Positions 56,701-64,000 of a DNA stretch of 64,000 nucleotides are shown piece after piece (position 1 is the first letter of the stretch; every line of letters starts with the position of its first letter). Below the pieces are notes generated by a model. It was not told where the DNA came from and did no database searches. It saw only the letters and a program-made list of their open reading frames with translations. Made by a program: the position numbers and the translations under genes. Source of the stretch: Octopus sinensis (lineage: Eukaryota); NCBI RefSeq assembly GCF_006345805.1, contig NC_043009.1, positions 14,446,001 to 14,510,000 of the forward strand. Direction: 5' to 3'.

Positions 56701-58000
56701 CAAAGAACAAATTCATAACAGAAGTGAAAAGAACACTGTGATTAGGGAAAGTAAATAGGAACAAGACTGGTGCGAAACGAAACCAAGACGTGAAGCTGTA
56801 TTCAAATTGTGATGGTGAGAATAGTGTCCTGAGAATAGTGATATTCCCTAGAAGGTATGCACAGAGAATTGTGATACACCAAACACTACAAAGGAAAATG
56901 TTGAGTGAATTTCATGTTGAACAACTTGGTATTTCGAGGATGAAAGCTTTAATGCATAATTACATGCGCTGGCCAAAAACGGATAGAGAAATTCAAAATT
57001 TAGTGAGAGGCAATAGAGGATGTGCTCTAGCAGCAAAATTACCGTTGATAAATAGTGAACCTTGGCCAAAAGTAGATGTTCCCTGTTCGAGACTACACAT
57101 CTATTTCTCTGGTCCCTTAAACGGTTCATATTACTTAGCGGTAGTGGATAGTTTCTCAAACATTTCTCAGACATTTGTAAGGGTGAAAAACTAACCTTGT
57201 CAATTTCAACAAAGTTTCTACACGAGCTGTTTGCGAGATTTGGAAACTCAGACGCAATAGTGTCTGACACTGTTAAGCAAATTGTGTCATTTGAGCTTAA
57301 AAACTTGTAAAACGTTCGCCGTAGAACATGTAACTTCTGCGCTATACTCTCCCAGATCTAACGGACAAGCAGAACGCTTTGTCAATACGTCCAAGAGAGT
57401 ACCAAGAAAGTTGAATAAGGAACTCACAGATGAGGTAGCTCTACAACAATTCTTAAGAGTATACCGTCTGAAACCAAATCCAAACACACCAGTTAGGATG
57501 TCAATAGCAGAGCAGATGTCTGCAAGGAAAGTAAAATCAATTTCCGACAAATAACTACCTGTGAAGAAAAGAAATATTTCAATGGATAATACAGCAAGAT
57601 ATTTCAAAATTGGAGAAAATATATTTGTTTGGACATATAAGAACGGAAAACAAAGTTGCGAAGTTGACGTGATTACCAAATGCATAGGAAAAATGCTATA
57701 CTTTGTAGAAAAGAAAGGGGCACACAAGAGACATATTAACCAACTAAAAGTAAATTCGTTGATAGCGAACGCAAGGGAATGGAAGAACCAATGGGATGGT
57801 TATATGATACTTTTCAAGTACCAGCGCCACTACAAATAATTGAATCCAGATCCGCAAGCAAAGAAAAAAGAAATGTACAGAATTCCTGGAAGTGGATGCC
57901 AAACGATGAAATATTAAATTTGAAAGTGTATGCAAAAAATCACAAAAAGGGAGGTGGAGTGATGTAAAATAATCAATAAAACAAATAAAATTGCATTCTC
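53740..58000 (+). mobile_element. Decayed Gypsy/Ty3 LTR retrotransposon (gag-protease-RT-RNaseH-integrase)
   Basis: Putative LTR end ttataaca at 53918, then a PBS-like ttggtaacga. Gag-like NSITEFMYK..EGVKFE; protease-like LDTGSDITVV; RT LCADFSTVLN...LDISDAYLQI...FKQLPFGVK..PSIFQQ...LDDI; RNaseH AERNYTQIEKEAL, LGHADGLSRL; integrase HVEQLGISRMKAL..YMRWP, YSPRSNGQAERFV. PPT aaaaagggaggtggagtga followed by TG at 57963. Many stops and frameshifts. Confidence 0.9.
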
Positions 58001-58066
58001 TAAGATAAAAAAGAAAAACTTAAAAGAAGAATTGTTATTAGTATAACGCTCAGGAATAGAAAAAGT

Positions 58067-58102
58067 CTTTTACGTTTCGTGCCTCCGTTCTTCTACAGAA
58101 AG
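58067..58102 (-). ncRNA. Very short degenerate hammerhead variant
   Basis: cttt-CTGTAGA-a-gaacggaggcac-GAAA-c-GTA-aaag. Helix I is cttt/aaag and helix III is ACGU. The core has A6 changed to U, and helix II is mismatched. Confidence 0.4.
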
Positions 58103-58121
58103 GGACACAGAAAAAACAAGA

Positions 58122-58149
<28 letters not shown>

Positions 58150-58160
<11 letters not shown>

Positions 58161-58400
58161 GACTGCTACATGATTTTCTCCACAAAACCCAAACAGCTTC
58201 TTCCTAATGGCCTCATCGATGGTAAAGCAATTTCACATGTAACATCAACAAAATTCCTCAGCATTCAGATTGATCAGTCCCTCAGTTTCAAAACACATAT
58301 AAGAAATTTATTAAAACAAATTTCCCGTACTCTTGGTATTTTCAACACAATTTCTTGCCTTCTTTCCGAAAATGTGAGAAACAGAATCACTTTTTATTAA
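58150..58400 (+). mobile_element. LINE (CR1/L2-like) RT thumb fragment
   Basis: MIFSTKPK...ISHVTSTKFLSIQIDQSLSFKTHIRNLLKQISRTLGIF resembles the post-RT KFLG..ID..LSF..HI motif. Confidence 0.65.
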
Positions 58401-59034
58401 TCTTTAATTCTCTTAGTTACTGCCTGGAGAAATTGAAGTTCGCTTACTCAACCATGCCATTCATTAATCACGGAAGATTTGAATAGATGTATATATATTA
58501 AGAGGAAACAGTTTTACAAAATTTACGGCAGAAAGTTACATAATTGAATAAATTTGAAGGTGAGTAATTTTTTAAAAATATTTCAAGTGATTCCTTGCAG
58601 CAAAATTGCATGCTATCTCACATTCTTCTTAACGTTTCCCATACATATATAAGGGAACAAGAGATATGAAATGACATGACTGTGACCATGAGGTGCTGAT
58701 AGTAAGTTGCAGTGCGGTAGAAATTTTGCGTTTAATTTTAAAGAAAGAACCGACATATAAAAGGCAGCGGTGCTTAAAATTCATTGAAGACTCACTATAC
58801 AAAAACATCTGTAAATGTCTGATTATATCATGTAACATTATATACAAACTCATATAATATATTCAATAAATCTTTAGCCGATTGATGATCATTCTATATG
58901 TCTTTTTGTATTCATGCGTATTTATACATATATTCATAAATACATATGTACGTACATACTCATGTATGTGTGCACACACACACATACACATACATAAACG
59001 CAAATATATATATATATATACATACATACATACA

Positions 59035-59134
<100 letters not shown>

Positions 59135-59938
59135 CATATATATATGTATATATACACATATACACACATGTATGTGCCTATCTTTGAGATAGAGGAATAT
59201 TTAAAAACGATAAGGGGAAGTAAATAGAAAATATGAGTTATTTTTAGAACATTTATATTTAAAACAACTTGGAAAAATATTTGTTTGAAACCATAGAATT
59301 ATTGATTCACTATTCTATACCCAAGGGTAATTGATTATTTGAAGCAACCAGAAAACCTTGTGATGGCGTCCAACGTAAATATATCAGCGGTATATTTGGT
59401 GCCAAACGCGATGTAGACTAATCTGAGCAATCATTCTATATTTATTCCTGAATATACATACAACTTGACATTAATTTGTTTTTCTTTCGGAATTTCCAGG
59501 ATTTCAAATATTAGAAGTTTAGCATTGTGATGTTTTATTAATATATTCCTCTTGCCCAGACACCTATACTATCAGTTTTATTTCTTTTGTTGGAGACTTA
59601 TTTTATAAACGATTTCTATTTTGAGAATATTTACAAATAGTTTAGATAATCTTTAAGATTTTGTACTAAGTTAAAAATAATTTAGCACTGAGTGGAACTG
59701 GATTTAAAGTAATGCCAAAAAATTCAGCAATATATACCAGTCACGTACTGTATCAATACCAGCATTAATATCCGTTCCCTAGGGATATGTGTGTATAAAA
59801 GTTATAGTTTATATGTCATTTCCATTGACCACGTTTTAAAACAAAAAACAAAATCTTCACAACAGTATATTGGCAAGTAATTGCTGCTGTTCTGAGACAT
59901 AACTGAAAGGATTAAAATTAATACTGTCTTCTTAATCA

Positions 59939-59980
<42 letters not shown>

Positions 59981-60213
59981 TAACAAGGTGGCACAGTAAA
60001 GTGTCGACTGCAATCAAAATCGTGCTCAGTAGTGATATAACGTTGTCTCTGCAAATATGTGACATGCAAAGTTTGTGATTATTTACATAGCGGGGAAAGT
60101 GTACACAACTAAATATCCAACATCGATAGAAGATTACGTTGTTTCGGAAGCTTGACGAAACACGTTGATGTTCCACAAAACATTAAATACCACTCCTTTT
60201 TCATATTTATACT

Positions 60214-61250
60214 TATTATTTTGTTGCCATTGCACAGCTTCTAACGCTGGAGATATATTACTGTGTCAGCTATCACTACCAGTGAACTAAGATAACACCC
60301 TTTATTTGTCGAGTACCATCCGGAGTATTCGAGCGGTTCCAAGCAGTGCTGTTTTCTGCAAGTGCTCTTTATTGCAGCCTATATTTGTTCCATGTACTTC
60401 TCAAGATTTTTAATCACTGTTCCAAGCGCTCCGACAATTATTGGTACTACTACCACATTTTTTGTGACCACAACCGCTTAACCTCTCAGGCTAAACTGTC
60501 ATATCTCTCGCCTTTTCTTTCTTTCTTATCGCTTACCTTGTTGTTAGCTGGGCATGCTATATCTACGATCCAGTATCGTTTGTTTTCTTTCTATGTCTGG
60601 TTTCCTCATGGTCACACCCGGATCATAAAATCCCATAAGATTTTTGCATTATCATTTTCGATGATGCCTTCGGATTTATGTTCGTACCAATTTTTTGCTC
60701 TGTCAAGTCCAAACTTGTTGCAAAGTGTCCAATGGACAATTCTTGCTATGTTGTCATATTCTTTCTGGGCTAGTGGCGTACATTGACTGGTAATGTACCA
60801 CACGGTTTCACCATTTTGTCCACAAATTCTGCAGTTTTCACTTTAGTTATCCACACCCATCTTTTTTCTCTGTATATTTTATCTTCAACATCCTCATGAA
60901 ATTTTTCATGCATTCTTTTCTTTATCCACCTATTTTAAATTTTATTCATTCTCAAGTGCTTGTTTTGTGCTTTATCTTTGCAATCTTCTATCCGACACAA
61001 GCTTTCTTACTTCCAATAATAGCGGTTCTGCGACATTTTTTACATACCATACTATGTTGTTTCCTTCTACTCTACTCTAACGCTGTGTTCGAATCCAATC
61101 AGTCCACATCCACCTCTCTTTCTTGGTACATACAATCTGTCTGTGTCCCCTTTTTTGTGGAGTATCCCATATCTATTCTGCAGCTTTGTTGTAATTCTGC
61201 TCAAGCTGTTTAAGTCGTCTACTGTCCATGCGATTACCCATTCTACCTAT
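60214..61250 (-). mobile_element. R4/Dong-like LINE, second family, 5'-truncated and degenerate
   Basis: The minus strand gives GILHKKGDTDRLYVPRKRGGCGLIG; ITSQCTPLAQKEY..DNIARIVHWTLC...ENDNAKILWDFMI; and LQKTALLGTARILRMVLDK* (stop at 60302). The 3' UTR ends aaaataataa. Confidence 0.85.
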
Positions 61251-61284
61251 CTAAGGAGTGAAATCCTCCAGATGTTAAATTCAA

Positions 61285-61309
61285 TGATAATAATAATAAT
61301 AATAATAAC

Positions 61310-61368
<59 letters not shown>

Positions 61369-61465
61369 TAACAATAATATTAATAATAATAATATTGATA
61401 ATAATAATAATAAAAATAATGATAATAATAATAATAATAATGATAACAATAATAATAATAATAAA
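61285..61465. repeat. (AAT)n array hosting the 5' junction of the downstream Dong copy
   Basis: Direct reading. Confidence 0.93.
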
Positions 61466-63110
<1,645 letters not shown>

Positions 63111-63111
63111 A

Positions 63112-63229
<118 letters not shown>

Positions 63230-63240
63230 CATTATTATCA

Positions 63241-63325
63241 TTAACAGCTCTTACGCTGGAGATGTACTATGGTGTTGGCTGTTCACAACCAGTAAACTAT
63301 TTTTCGAGCACTATTCGGAGTATTC
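63241..63325 (-). mobile_element. Tiny 3' fragment of the second R4/Dong-like family
   Basis: The minus strand gives RILRIVLEK* plus a 3' UTR (catctccagcgtaagagctg) similar to 60235-60260, followed by (AAT)n on the minus strand (63125-63240). Confidence 0.7.
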
Positions 63326-63779
63326 CGTTAGAATGATGTAATTGGAGATTCGTATTCCAAAATGACAAACTATGCTTGAGGAAATTTGAAATTACAGGAT
63401 AAACTTTGAAGACTTCCAGAGGTTTCAAGATCAATGAATACCGTATGCTCTGAAATGTCTTTTGTAATCAATCCATGTGGAACTGAGATTTCTGAGAGTT
63501 CTGAGGGATCATGCAATTAATATGAAGCTTGTCAGTCTTTCCGTTCAGTGGGGAAAATATCGTTCTCCTCCATAAATGCATAGAGGATAGAGTTTAAAAT
63601 GTTATAAGCGGTGCATTAACAGGTTATGGACCGATCGTTGTTTGGAATTTGGTTTTTAATATTCCTAGGGAGTAGGGCATTAATACTACTTGATAACCAG
63701 TCTGGTGTTTACTCAGGATCTCTTAAAATTTCATTGAACAATAGAAGGAACATCTCATGTGCGCACGAGAGGGAATATG

Positions 63780-64000
63780 CCACTGACAAGTTTTCCCATG
63801 AGTGTTCTAGTAACATTTGGTAGGATCCTTCTCTGAATCAGATCCAATCTTTATTTTCACTGTATGGTTTTTCATCACTCCAAATCTTTTTCCGAAATTG
63901 TTCAACTTCTTCCATGGAAGGTGGTCCTTGATTGCGTATTTGCACCCATTTCGTTGTAGAATGTTTCGGCATAAGATTTGAACACCTAATTTAGATTATA
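63780..64000 (-). mobile_element. R4/Dong-like ORF fragment (pre-RT region), continues beyond window
   Basis: The minus strand gives FYNEMG...PPSMEEVEQFRKKIWSDEKPYSENKDWI, resembling the pre-RT P..EEVE.FW..IW motif of this clade. Confidence 0.5.

Noticed and set aside
53334-58020. Matching 5' and 3' LTR pair for the Gypsy element
   Set aside because: Beyond tgtaa, the sequence after the PPT does not align with the region upstream of the PBS. LTR boundaries are unresolved.
60115-60175. aacatc...GAAAcacGTTgatgtt HHR-like pattern
   Set aside because: No recognisable CUGANGA in register with helix I.

Overview
This is AT-rich, repeat-saturated animal genomic DNA. The SINE families and the very high microsatellite load point to an octopod cephalopod, probably Octopus (inferred from memory of repeat families, not from a search). 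I found no recognisable host protein-coding exon and no intact transposon ORF. Contents: R4/Dong-type RLE LINE pieces sitting in (AAT)n arrays at both ends of the window; Tx1/L1-type LINE 3' pieces and associated short elements in (ATCT)n; an RTE 3' end plus a short bipartite RTE derivative; a decayed Gypsy LTR element; two Tc1/mariner relics; about 15 tRNA-derived SINEs; and a Penelope-like (PLE) GIY-YIG fragment. The most notable signal is a set of about 10 minimal type-I hammerhead ribozyme (HHR) motifs, two with an intact core and the rest degenerate. Most lie in the arms of several unrelated foldback (inverted-repeat) elements of 0.06-2 kb. In these elements the hammerheads always point outward, the elements usually abut (TA)n-type microsatellites, and several carry a one-sided terminal extension. 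This looks like a population of non-autonomous, PLE-derived foldback hammerhead elements. All folds were made by eye and none has been tested.
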